A stretch of 64,000 bases of DNA from Candidatus Nitricoxidivorans perseverans. Its GTDB lineage: Bacteria > Pseudomonadota > Gammaproteobacteria > Burkholderiales > Rhodocyclaceae. Made by a program: the position numbers and the translations under genes. Numbering within the stretch: position 1 is the first letter of the stretch; each line of letters opens with the position of its first letter. The notes under the pieces were generated by a model. It saw only the letters and a program-made list of their open reading frames with translations, was not told the DNA's origin and searched no databases. The stretch covers positions 372,282 to 436,281 of the forward strand of contig CP107246.1 in NCBI GenBank assembly GCA_030246985.1, given 5' to 3'. Shown piece by piece: positions 19,922 to 28,424 of the stretch.

Positions 19922-20171
19922 CGAGCGCGACTTCCACCGTCGGTTCGTTTTCGCGCTCCTTGACCAGCCGGGCGAGTTCGTAGTCGTCGAGCTTTTCCAT
20001 CAGGGCCTCGAAGGCCGCAGAGGGCACGAGATAGGCCGCCGGCCTGTTGCGATTGAGCACCGCGACGGGAAAACCGTCCGCCTCTTCGATCACGGCGGAG
20101 GGGTTCTTCTTCAGCTCGCTGATGCTGATCGAGGCGTTGGTATAGAGCAGTTCCATGATCGCGTCCCTCAT
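19911..20171 (-). CDS. Phd/YefM-RelB-type antitoxin
   Basis: 86 aa. ISISELKKNPSAVIEEADGFPVAVLNRNRPAAYLVP is a Phd/YefM-type N-terminus. Located directly upstream of relE. Confidence 0.8.
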   Translation of the reverse strand: MRDAIMELLYTNASISISELKKNPSAVIEEADGFPVAVLNRNRPAAYLVPSAAFEALMEKLDDYELARLVKERENEPTVEVALDAL

Positions 20172-20216
20172 GACCGATTAAACGGTCTCTATTGTAGTCT
20201 CGCCAGGCGACCGGCG

Positions 20217-20660
20217 CTACAACCTCCTTCGCCGTACCGTCATGGCCGATTTTTCGAAGCCCAGCCGCTCGTAGAAGGCCAGCGCAGGCGCGTTATCGCG
20301 GTCGGCGAGCAGGGTGACGCGCGGCATGCCCTCGGCCTTCGCCCATTCGCAGACGTGTTCGACCAGCTTGCGGCCGAGGCCCTTGCCGCGATGGGCGCGG
20401 CTCACGATCACGTCCTCCAGCAGCAGTACGCGGCAGCCCTCGGCGGTGCTGACGGTGAAGAGGGCGTTGGCCATGCCCGCGACCTTCCCGCCGACGCGCA
20501 GCACGAAGAGCCGGCCGATGCCGGGATCGTCGAGGATGAGGCGCAGCCCGGCGAGCTGCTTCCCACGGTCGGGGGCGAAGTCGCTTTCGAGGGCGAAGAG
20601 TTCGCGGAGCAGGTCGGCCAGAGCCGGCAGGTCCGCTTCCGTGGCGGGGTCGATGGTCAT
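20217..20660 (-). CDS. GNAT family N-acetyltransferase
   Basis: 147 aa from MTIDPATEADL... (ATG 20660 within ORF 20217..20723). Acetyl-CoA motif RAHRGKGLGRKLVE and ...AFYERLGF. Confidence 0.8.
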   Translation of the reverse strand: MTIDPATEADLPALADLLRELFALESDFAPDRGKQLAGLRLILDDPGIGRLFVLRVGGKVAGMANALFTVSTAEGCRVLLLEDVIVSRAHRGKGLGRKLVEHVCEWAKAEGMPRVTLLADRDNAPALAFYERLGFEKSAMTVRRRRL

Positions 20661-20759
20661 TCCGGGGCGAAGTATAGGTCGGCGAGCACGATGTCGGAAA
20701 TCGGCGTCCACACGGACGTGCATGCGCTGCTGGCCGCAGCCCCTGCCCCGGATACTTTT

Positions 20760-20775
20760 TGTCGTAAACCCGACA
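20760..20775. promoter_or_regulatory. NifA UAS (TGT-N10-ACA) upstream of nifE
   Basis: TGTCGTAAACCCGACA read directly, about 45 bp upstream of the nifE -24 element. Confidence 0.55.
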
Positions 20776-20818
20776 AGCCCGCAATCCGTATTTCCTTTTC
20801 CTGTCAGTCAGTTGTAGG

Positions 20819-20833
20819 TGGCACGGCGCTTGC
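20819..20833 (+). promoter_or_regulatory. sigma54 promoter motif of nifE (TGGCAC-N5-TTGC)
   Basis: TGGCACGGCGCTTGC is consensus. The -12 C (20833) lies only 13 nt before the nifE ATG (20846). Confidence 0.65.
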
Positions 20834-20845
20834 GATGGGATTGGC

Positions 20846-22240
20846 ATGAAGAAATCCGCCGACATCGCCGTCCTTCTGAACGAACCCGCCTGCGCGCACA
20901 ACGGCGCGAAGGAGAAATCAGGATGCGCCCGACCCAAGCCGGGCGCCACGGCCGGCGGCTGTTCGTTCGACGGCGCGCAGATTGCGCTTCTGCCCATCGC
21001 CGATGTCGCCCACATCGTGCATGGCCCGATCTCCTGCGCCGGAAACTCCTGGGACAACCGCGGCACCCGCACCACCGGCCCGGCGCTCTACCGCATCGGC
21101 ATGACCACGGATCTCACCGAGCAGGACGTCATCATGGGGCGCGGCGAGAAGCGGCTGTTCCACGCCATCAGGCAGGCCATCGACGAGTACAGGCCGGCGG
21201 CGGTGTTCGTCTATGCCACCTGCGTCACGGCGCTGATCGGCGACGACCTGGAGGCCGTCTGCAAGGACGCCGCCGCGCGCTGGGTCGTGCCGGTCGTGCC
21301 CATCGACTGCGCAGGTTTCTACGGCACCAAGAATCTCGGCAACCGCCTGGCCGGCGAGGCCATGCTCAAGCATGTGATCGGCACGCGCGAGCCCGATCCG
21401 GTGCCGATCTCGGCGCGGCGTGCGCTCGCACCCGGAATCGTGGTGCACGACGTGACACTGATCGGTGAGTACAACATCGCCGGCGAGTTCTGGCATGTCG
21501 CGCCGCTATTCGACGAACTCGGCCTGCGCATCATCGCCACGCTTTCGGGCGACGCGCGCTTCGGAGAGGTGCAGACCATGCACCGCGCGCAGGCGAGCAT
21601 GGTCGTCTGCGCCAAGGCGCTGCTGAATGTCGCGCGCAAGGTGGAGGAGGGCTGGGGCGTGCCATTCTTCGAGGGCAGCTTCTACGGCGTGGCCGACACC
21701 TCGCAGGCCTTCCGGGATTTCGCGCGGCTCCTGGACGACGCGGACCTGGCGGCCCGCGCCGAGGCGCTGATCGCGCGCGAGGAAACGAAGATCGACGCCG
21801 CGCTCGAACCCTGGCGGGCGCGGCTCAAGGGCCGGCGCGCGCTGCTCTATACCGGCGGCGTCAAGTCGTGGTCGGTCGTCTCCGCGCTGCAAGACCTCGG
21901 CATGGAGGTTGTCGCCACCGGCACGCGGAAATCCACCGAGGAGGACAAGGCGCGCATCCGCGAGCTCATGGGCGAGGACGCGAGGATGATCGACGACGGC
22001 AGCCCGACGGCGCTGCTTTCAACCTACCGGGAATGCGGCGCCGACATCCTGATCGCCGGCGGCCGAAACCTCTACACGGCGCTCAAGGCGCGCATCCCTT
22101 TCCTCGACATCAATCAGGAGCGTGAATTCGGCTATGCGGGCTATGCGGGCATGGTCGAACTCGCGCGCCAACTGGCGCTGACGATCGAAAGCCCGGTGTG
22201 GGAACAGGTGCGGAAACCCGCGCCGTGGGCGGGACGCTGA
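20846..22240 (+). CDS. nifE: NifE (FeMo-cofactor scaffold)
   Basis: 464 aa. [64 protein letters not shown] is colinear with Azotobacter NifE from the first residues. Confidence 0.97.
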   Translation: MKKSADIAVLLNEPACAHNGAKEKSGCARPKPGATAGGCSFDGAQIALLPIADVAHIVHGPISCAGNSWDNRGTRTTGPALYRIGMTTDLTEQDVIMGRGEKRLFHAIRQAIDEYRPAAVFVYATCVTALIGDDLEAVCKDAAARWVVPVVPIDCAGFYGTKNLGNRLAGEAMLKHVIGTREPDPVPISARRALAPGIVVHDVTLIGEYNIAGEFWHVAPLFDELGLRIIATLSGDARFGEVQTMHRAQASMVVCAKALLNVARKVEEGWGVPFFEGSFYGVADTSQAFRDFARLLDDADLAARAEALIAREETKIDAALEPWRARLKGRRALLYTGGVKSWSVVSALQDLGMEVVATGTRKSTEEDKARIRELMGEDARMIDDGSPTALLSTYRECGADILIAGGRNLYTALKARIPFLDINQEREFGYAGYAGMVELARQLALTIESPVWEQVRKPAPWAGR

Positions 22241-22242
22241 CT

Positions 22243-23625
22243 ATGGCTGAAATCCTCAAGCGCGCAAAACCCATGGCGGTGAATCCGCTCAAGGCCAGCC
22301 AGCCACTCGGCGCGGCGCTTGCCTTCCTCGGGTTGCGCAACGCCATCCCGATGCTCCACGGATCGCAGGGCTGCACGGCCTTCGGCAAGGTGTTTCTCGT
22401 GCGCCATTTCCGAGAGCCGATTCCGCTTCAGACGACGGCCATGGACCAGATATCGACGGTGATGAATGCCGACGAGAACGTCATCGAGGGCCTTAAGACG
22501 ATCTGCGAGAAGAACCGGCCGGACGTCGTCGGCCTGCCGACCACCGGATTGTCCGAAACGCAGGGAACCGACATTCGGCGCCTGGTGCGCGAATTCCGCG
22601 CCAGGCATCCGCGGTTCGACCACGTCGCCGTGGTGCCGGTGAACTCGCCGGACTATGCCGGCTGCCTCGAAACCGGTTTCGCGCTGGCGGTCGAGGCGAT
22701 CATCGACGCGCTGGTGCCCGAAACCCGCCATGCCGGCCGCCGGAAGAGGCAGGTCAATGTGCTGGCCCCGGCGATGCTGACGCCGGGCGACATCGAGGCC
22801 GTCAAGGAGTGGATCGAGGGCTTCGGCCTGCGGCCGGTCGTGCTGCCGGACATCGGCGATTCGCTCGACGGGCACCTGGTCGAAGCCGAGACGACGCCGC
22901 TGACGCTGGGCGGAACGCCGCGCGGCGAGATCGAAGCCATGGGCGAGTCCGTCGCCACGCTGGTGATCGGACGCTCGCTTCACCGCGCCGCCGACCTGCT
23001 GAAGTCGCGCACCGCCGTTCCGGATTTCCGCTTCGACCACCTGATGGGGCTGTCGGCTTGCGATGGCTTCACCCAGGCGCTGGCGGATATTTCGGGCCGG
23101 CCGGTGTCCGACCGGCTGGAGCGGCAGCGCGCCCAGTTGCGGGACGCGATGGTCGACACGCATTTCATGATGGGCTTCACGCGCTTTGCGCTGGCGCTCG
23201 ATCCCGATCCGCTGCTGGGATTCTCGCAATTTCTCGCGGGCGTCGGCGGCGACATCGTCGCGGCGGTATCCCCGGTGCGAAGCGACTCGCTTGCCGGCAT
23301 GCCCTGCGCCACGGTGCGGGTCGGCGATCTCGAAGACCTCGAACGCCTTGCGCGGGCGGGCGGGGCGCAGATGGTGATCTCGAACTCGCACGCCGTGCAG
23401 TCCGCGCGGCGCCTAGGTTTGCCCATCCTGCGCGCCGGCTTTCCGCAATACGACCGGGTCGGCGGCCATGCGCGGCCCTGGGTTGGCTACCGCGGCGCGC
23501 GGCAGGCCCTGTTCGACATCGCCAACCTTTTCATGGGACAGCACCATGACATCCCAGCCTACCGTTCCATCTTCCGCGCCGAATCCGCCGGTGCGGAAGC
23601 TGGCGCTGGCGTGGTCCGCCACTGA
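22243..23625 (+). CDS. nifN: NifN (FeMo-cofactor scaffold)
   Basis: 460 aa from [50 protein letters not shown] lies 2 nt after the nifE stop. Confidence 0.95.
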   Translation: MAEILKRAKPMAVNPLKASQPLGAALAFLGLRNAIPMLHGSQGCTAFGKVFLVRHFREPIPLQTTAMDQISTVMNADENVIEGLKTICEKNRPDVVGLPTTGLSETQGTDIRRLVREFRARHPRFDHVAVVPVNSPDYAGCLETGFALAVEAIIDALVPETRHAGRRKRQVNVLAPAMLTPGDIEAVKEWIEGFGLRPVVLPDIGDSLDGHLVEAETTPLTLGGTPRGEIEAMGESVATLVIGRSLHRAADLLKSRTAVPDFRFDHLMGLSACDGFTQALADISGRPVSDRLERQRAQLRDAMVDTHFMMGFTRFALALDPDPLLGFSQFLAGVGGDIVAAVSPVRSDSLAGMPCATVRVGDLEDLERLARAGGAQMVISNSHAVQSARRLGLPILRAGFPQYDRVGGHARPWVGYRGARQALFDIANLFMGQHHDIPAYRSIFRAESAGAEAGAGVVRH

Positions 23626-24049
23626 CCGGGCGCCGGCCGTGTTCAGGGTCGCCTTCGCCACCGACGATCGCGTCTCGGTGAACCAGCACTTCGGCGCCGC
23701 GACCGGATTCGCGATCTACGCGCTCGACGCCGGGCGCGCCAGCCTCGTCCAGGTGGTCGGGTTTCCGGAGGAGGCGATGGACGGCAACGAGCACAAGCTC
23801 GACGCCAAGATCGACGCGCTCTCCGGCTGCGCGGCCGTGTATTGCCTGGCGGTGGGCGGTTCCGCCGTGCGCCGGCTGCTGGCCGGCGGCATCCAGCCCG
23901 TGCGCATGGACGGCGAGGCGGCCATCGAGCCGATATTGCACCAGCTTCGCGCGGCCATCAGGGACGGCGGCATTCCCTGGGTCGACAAGCATGTAAATCG
24001 CGACATGAACCGTTTCGACCGCATGGCGGAGGAGGGCTGGCAAGAGTGA
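23546..24049 (+). CDS. nifX: NifX
   Basis: [28 protein letters not shown]...[31 protein letters not shown]...[14 protein letters not shown] matches NifX. ATG 23546 overlaps nifN by 80 nt. GTG 23639 ([10 protein letters not shown]) is a non-overlapping alternative. Confidence 0.85.
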   Translation: MTSQPTVPSSAPNPPVRKLALAWSATDRAPAVFRVAFATDDRVSVNQHFGAATGFAIYALDAGRASLVQVVGFPEEAMDGNEHKLDAKIDALSGCAAVYCLAVGGSAVRRLLAGGIQPVRMDGEAAIEPILHQLRAAIRDGGIPWVDKHVNRDMNRFDRMAEEGWQE

Positions 24050-24098
24050 GGCCCGAGTGTGAAACCCCGTTCGACCACTTCTCAGAAAGGATAGACCG

Positions 24099-24386
24099 AT
24101 GTCGGCAGCGACCGCTGTTACCCGGGGCGGGAGGCCCTGGGCGCCCCAGTACGTGGAGGCGATCAATCCCAAGATCTGCATCGGCTGCGGCCGCTGCTTC
24201 AAGGTCTGCCCGCGCGACGTGCTGACGCTGGTCGACCGCGGCGAGGACGACGACATGGACGAGGATGACTGGGACGACGAGGACGCCAAGGCCATGATGA
24301 CGGTCAAGGACCCGATGGACTGCATCGGCTGCGGCGCCTGCGGACGAACCTGTCCGAAGGGCAGCTTCACCTTCGTCGCCGGCTGA
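24099..24386 (+). CDS. Nif-specific ferredoxin III (2x[4Fe-4S] with acidic insert)
   Basis: 95 aa. YVEAINPKICIGCGRCFKVCPRDVL, an acidic insert DRGEDDDMDEDDWDDEDAK, then DCIGCGACGRTCPKG. The pattern and its position after nifX fit ferredoxin III. Confidence 0.8.
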   Translation: MSAATAVTRGGRPWAPQYVEAINPKICIGCGRCFKVCPRDVLTLVDRGEDDDMDEDDWDDEDAKAMMTVKDPMDCIGCGACGRTCPKGSFTFVAG

Positions 24387-24441
24387 GGCCGATCGCGCGG
24401 GTATCGGGTTTCCGCTTTCGGGGAAGTGATAGCATTTCCCG

Positions 24442-25689
24442 ATGATGCGGATCCCCCGAACCCGATCCGGCAGGCATCGGCTGATCGCGGCCCTCCTGCT
24501 CGCGGCGGCGCCCGTCGTCCAGGCCGGGCCGCGGGTGCTGCTGCCCCACACGGGCCTGACGGCCGACCAGCTGGCCGTCATCGTCAATGACGATGACCCG
24601 CTGTCGCGGCAGATCGGCGATTACTACCGCCATGCGCGGCGAATCCCCGCCGGCAACGTCATCCGGGTGCGCTTCCCGCCGGGTCGCGCCGCGCTGCCGG
24701 CCGACGAGTTCAAGGCCCTGAAGGCCCAAATAGACGGCGCCACGCCGGCGCACGTGCAAGCCTATGCGGTCGCCTGGACGCAACCCTACCGGGCCGGCTG
24801 CATGTCCATGACCTCGGCGCTCGCTTTCGGGTTCGACCCGGCCTATTGCTCCACCGGCTGCGGCCCGACCCGGCCGAGCGGCTATTTCGATTCCCCCAGC
24901 CGCTACCCGGCCGTCGACCACGGCCTGCGCCCGGCCATGATGCTGGCCGGCGCCGATCTGGAGCGGGTGAAGGCCCTGATCGATCGCGGCGTCGCCGCCG
25001 ACCGCGGCTTCCCGGCCGGCCGGGCCTACCTGCTGAACACGCCCGACAAGGCGCGCAGCGTCCGCGCCGCCCATTTCGAGCGGACCGCCGAAGCCATGGC
25101 CGGAGTCTTCCCCGTCGAGATCGTGGAGGCCGAGGCCATCGCCGACCGCGACGACGTGATGTTCTACTTCACGGGCCTGCCCAGCGTGCCCCGGCTCGAC
25201 TCCCTGGGTTTCCTGCCGGGGGCGCTGGCGGACCACCTGACCTCCTTCGGCGGCCAGCTCACCGATTCCCGGCAGATGAGCGCGCTGCGCTGGATCGAGG
25301 CCGGCGCCACGGCCAGTTACGGCACCGTCGTCGAGCCCTGCAACCATCCGCAGAAATTCCCGCTCCCGGCCATCGCGCTGTTCCACTACGCCGCTGGCGC
25401 CAGCGCCGTCGAGGCGTATTGGAAGAGCGTCGCCTGGCCGGGCGAGGGGGTGTTCGTCGGCGAGCCGCTGGCGCGGCCCTACGCCCCCGACCTGCGCGAA
25501 ACGGAGCCGGGGCGCTACGAGCTGAAGGTATTTTCGCCGCGCCAGGGGCGCCTGCGGTTCGAACACGCCGAATCGCCCATGGGGCCGTTCAGGCCCCTGC
25601 CGCCGGGGCCCGCCCTGCGGCGCGGCCTCAACGTGCTGCGCTTCGCCCTGCCGGAAGCCGCGGGCGGCTACGTGCGCCTGAAATGGTAA
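24442..25689 (+). CDS. Uncharacterised secreted protein (415 aa)
   Basis: Signal-peptide-like N-terminus MMRIPRTRSGRHRLIAALLLAAAPVVQAG. LAVIVNDDDPLSRQIGDYYRHARRIP is reminiscent of the TIGR03790-type conserved hypothetical family (memory only, unverified). Confidence 0.6.
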   Translation: MMRIPRTRSGRHRLIAALLLAAAPVVQAGPRVLLPHTGLTADQLAVIVNDDDPLSRQIGDYYRHARRIPAGNVIRVRFPPGRAALPADEFKALKAQIDGATPAHVQAYAVAWTQPYRAGCMSMTSALAFGFDPAYCSTGCGPTRPSGYFDSPSRYPAVDHGLRPAMMLAGADLERVKALIDRGVAADRGFPAGRAYLLNTPDKARSVRAAHFERTAEAMAGVFPVEIVEAEAIADRDDVMFYFTGLPSVPRLDSLGFLPGALADHLTSFGGQLTDSRQMSALRWIEAGATASYGTVVEPCNHPQKFPLPAIALFHYAAGASAVEAYWKSVAWPGEGVFVGEPLARPYAPDLRETEPGRYELKVFSPRQGRLRFEHAESPMGPFRPLPPGPALRRGLNVLRFALPEAAGGYVRLKW

Positions 25690-25697
25690 AAGTAAAA

Positions 25698-25728
25698 GCG
25701 CGCGATGCCGACCGGCGGCATCGCGCGC
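25698..25728 (-). terminator. 13-bp GC-rich hairpin between convergent genes; U-tract on the minus strand
   Basis: GCGCGCGATGCCG-accgg-CGGCATCGCGCGC. On the minus strand it is followed by TTTTACTTTTA, downstream of the PEP-CTERM gene ending at 25760. Confidence 0.6.
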
Positions 25729-25759
25729 CCTCACGGCGCACCGAGAGCGAAAGGCGCCG

Positions 25760-26323
25760 TCAGGCCGGGTCGGAGGCCGCGCGGCGGCGGCGCGCGATCG
25801 TCCCCATCAATCCCAGGCCGGCCAGCAACATGGCATAGGTCTCGGGCTCGGGCACGTGTGCCGCCGTGAGGTACACATCGGCCATGCCGGGACCGCCGGC
25901 CACCAGTGCGAACGTGTAGTGATCCCAGTGCGGGCTATGAGCCACCGTCCCACTGGAAGTGGAGGTTGACCCGGAAGTGGCCGCCAACGTGCTGCTGAAG
26001 GTTGCAGCGGCTCCGTCACCTGGATGCGGCGGAATGGACGCATGAACGGCACCGCTGAGGCCTGCGAGATCCACTAGGAAGGTTCCGTAAGGAGTGGGGA
26101 TGGAATAATCAACCGTGGCACCGAGGGAGCCTATGTCCCAATACGTACCATCCTTTGTGATGGAAAAGCTGCTCCCGCCAACCGTATCGACGTGCCACGA
26201 TGCCACCAGGGAATAGGCATCCTCGATCCAGCTGGTCTCAGTCAGAGACGCATTGGCCATCCCGACCGTGCCGGCGAGCGCGATGCCGGTAATCGCTTTC
26301 GTCAATGTATTGATTTTAATCAT
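25760..26323 (-). CDS. PEP-CTERM sorting-domain protein (exosortase substrate)
   Basis: 187 aa from MIKINTLTKAITGIALAGTVGMANA (signal peptide; GAGAGGAG RBS). C-terminus VPEPETYAMLLAGLGLMGTIARRRR = PEP motif + TM helix + Arg cluster. Confidence 0.85.
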   Translation of the reverse strand: MIKINTLTKAITGIALAGTVGMANASLTETSWIEDAYSLVASWHVDTVGGSSFSITKDGTYWDIGSLGATVDYSIPTPYGTFLVDLAGLSGAVHASIPPHPGDGAAATFSSTLAATSGSTSTSSGTVAHSPHWDHYTFALVAGGPGMADVYLTAAHVPEPETYAMLLAGLGLMGTIARRRRAASDPA

Positions 26324-26395
26324 AATAATCTCCTCTCTCGTTAGGCCGTCGTTCCGCGGGCGGCGCGAAAACCAGAACTGCTGAAACTGCAAAAA

Positions 26396-28417
26396 TTGCT
26401 GAAAACGATGGCAGCATCCTCCCATGCAAATACCATCGTCAATGGCCCGAATGGGTCATGGCCCGAACGGGCTATTGCCATATGCCGATCAGGTAGTAGG
26501 GTGTGTCCGGGTCGGACAATCGGGAGAACCGCCATAAACTACACTTTCAAGGGCCGCCTGTGCGGTTACATCTGTCCGGAATGTCCGGAGCCTCTGGCCG
26601 ACGTCGTGGTGCGGCTCTACCGCAGCAGCCAGCCGAACGTCACCGCCCTGGCGGTGGCCAGCCCCAAGGAGACGTTCGCCATCCTCTCCGACGCGGAGGT
26701 CGCGGCGAAGGCCGGACGCCTGATCGCCGAGGCCGTCACGGATTCCCAGGGCGGTTTCGTCTTCGAATTGGGCGATGCGCAGAAATACGGAGGCGAGGCG
26801 TTCGACATCGACGTCTATTGCGGCACCGTGCCGCCGCGCCCGCCGAGGCCGCGCCCGGTCCAGTTTTCGGTCACCACGCTGCAACCGCAATGGCGCCAGG
26901 CCGAGCGCGGCCGGGTCGCCGCCTGGGAGTACTGCGTTCCGCAACGAAACTGGTGCGCCGTGCGCGCGCGCTTCGACGCATGGACGATCTGCGGCCGCGT
27001 CACCGTGTGCGACACCCGGCAGGCCGTCATGGGCGTGCGCGTGCTCGCCTTCGACGTCGACTGGCTCCAGGACGACCCCCTCGGCAGCGCCATGACCGAC
27101 GCGTCGGGACATTTCCGCATCGACTACTCCAGCGCCGATTTCCAGCGCACGCCCTTCTCGCCGTCGATCAACCTGGAATGGACGGGCGGGCCGGACGTGT
27201 ATTTCCGCGTCGAGGCCGCCGACGGCACGCCGCTGCTGATCGAGCCGCCCTCGCGGGGGCGCACGCCGGGGCGCGAGAACGTCGGACACTGCCTCTGCGT
27301 CGATTTGTGCCTGAAAGAGCCGCCGCGGCAGAATCTGCCCACCATCCCGCTGTTCACCAATGTCGGCCAGTACCGCGTCGACCCGGTCTACGGCGATTTC
27401 ACCGCCGCGGGCCTGACGACGGCCGGCGATTACGCCTTTACCGACACCATTCCGCTGATCGGCATCCTGCCCGACGGCCAGGCGCCGGCCGACATGGAAT
27501 ACCGCTTCCGCGTCGCCGAGTACGACGCCACCGCGACGATACTCGGGGCCGTCATGGACGTGGATGCCTCCATGGTGAGCGCGACGATCATCGGCAAGCT
27601 CCAGTATTGGAGCTGGAACGGCGCGCTCACCGCGTGGGAGATCAAGGCCGCCGATTATTTCGTCAACAACCCCGGCGCCACGGTCAACATCCCGCAGCCG
27701 GTCGGGCCGGCCCTGACGGTGGGCGTCAACAAGGACGTGGGCCCGGGCGGCTGGATACGGGTGCCGCGCGAGAACGGCTTGTTCCCCGGCGGCGTCGGCC
27801 GTTTCATCCCGCAGGGGGGCCTGGTCAACCTCGTGACCACGAAGCTGACCGACGAATCCCGGGACCTCACGGTGCCCGCGCCGGGGACGGCGGCCGGCGA
27901 AAGCGTGCCGGCGGGCAAGAAATCGCGTGCCCACACCTTCAAGCTGTTCTTCGAGGCGCGCGACGTCGGCGCCCTCGCGCTGTCGCCGGGCAGCAACGCG
28001 CTCGACAAGATCGTGTTCAGCAACACGCATTACACCTACCGCCGCCACCCCGCGTGGGCGGGCAGCACGCCGACGACGCGGGGCGTGGTGTCGCTGGACA
28101 TCCTCGAACTGTCGGCGCCGGGCGCCGGCTGCGGAAAGCTGACCGACGCGCTGCACGCCCTGTTCACGGTCTATCACCCGTTCGTGGGCGGCGCGCGGGT
28201 CTATTTCGAAGGCAACCCGGTGTTACCCGCGGAATTGCCGCTGGCCATCGTCGGCGGCGAGGCCGTGTCGTCGCCGGCCGGGCACCTGTTCGACATCTCG
28301 GCCCTGCAACCCTGCGCCTACATCCTGTGGCTGGAGGCGACGCTGAATCTCACCGCCGGGTGGGGGCGCATCCCCTACGCCACGACATGGGATCACATCG
28401 CCTTCTGCAAGGGGTGA
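26396..28417 (+). CDS. Uncharacterised large Cys-rich protein with carboxypeptidase-regulatory/transthyretin-like beta modules
   Basis: ORF of 673 aa. The start is uncertain (ATG 26408 or GTG 26501 are alternatives). CGYICPECPEP near the N-terminus. Modules such as VVRLYRSS...DSQGGFVFEL and GRVTVCDTRQAVMGVRVLAFDVD...DASGHFRIDY resemble CarboxypepD_reg-like folds. No signal peptide seen. Confidence 0.6.
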   Translation: MLKTMAASSHANTIVNGPNGSWPERAIAICRSGSRVCPGRTIGRTAINYTFKGRLCGYICPECPEPLADVVVRLYRSSQPNVTALAVASPKETFAILSDAEVAAKAGRLIAEAVTDSQGGFVFELGDAQKYGGEAFDIDVYCGTVPPRPPRPRPVQFSVTTLQPQWRQAERGRVAAWEYCVPQRNWCAVRARFDAWTICGRVTVCDTRQAVMGVRVLAFDVDWLQDDPLGSAMTDASGHFRIDYSSADFQRTPFSPSINLEWTGGPDVYFRVEAADGTPLLIEPPSRGRTPGRENVGHCLCVDLCLKEPPRQNLPTIPLFTNVGQYRVDPVYGDFTAAGLTTAGDYAFTDTIPLIGILPDGQAPADMEYRFRVAEYDATATILGAVMDVDASMVSATIIGKLQYWSWNGALTAWEIKAADYFVNNPGATVNIPQPVGPALTVGVNKDVGPGGWIRVPRENGLFPGGVGRFIPQGGLVNLVTTKLTDESRDLTVPAPGTAAGESVPAGKKSRAHTFKLFFEARDVGALALSPGSNALDKIVFSNTHYTYRRHPAWAGSTPTTRGVVSLDILELSAPGAGCGKLTDALHALFTVYHPFVGGARVYFEGNPVLPAELPLAIVGGEAVSSPAGHLFDISALQPCAYILWLEATLNLTAGWGRIPYATTWDHIAFCKG

Positions 28418-28424
28418 ACCGGCG

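Noticed and set aside
20728-20750. CTGGCCGCAGCCCCTGCC upstream of nifE. Considered as an alternative sigma54 promoter that would give nifE a normal leader.
   Set aside because: Counting from the GG gives N10 followed by TG, not GC. It therefore does not fit the GG-N10-GC rule.
24387-24441. Possible terminator hairpin GGGAA-N10-TTCCC after the ferredoxin III gene.
   Set aside because: It has only a 5-bp stem and a large loop, with no U-tract.
26371-26410. TGCTGAAAC / TGCTGAAAA direct repeat and a TGGCAG motif in the divergent region upstream of the unknown operon. Considered as a sigma54 promoter or operator.
   Set aside because: There is no GG-N10-GC spacing with a -12 GC, and no TGT-N10-ACA nearby. 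A 9-mer repeated once in AT-rich DNA is not sufficient evidence.
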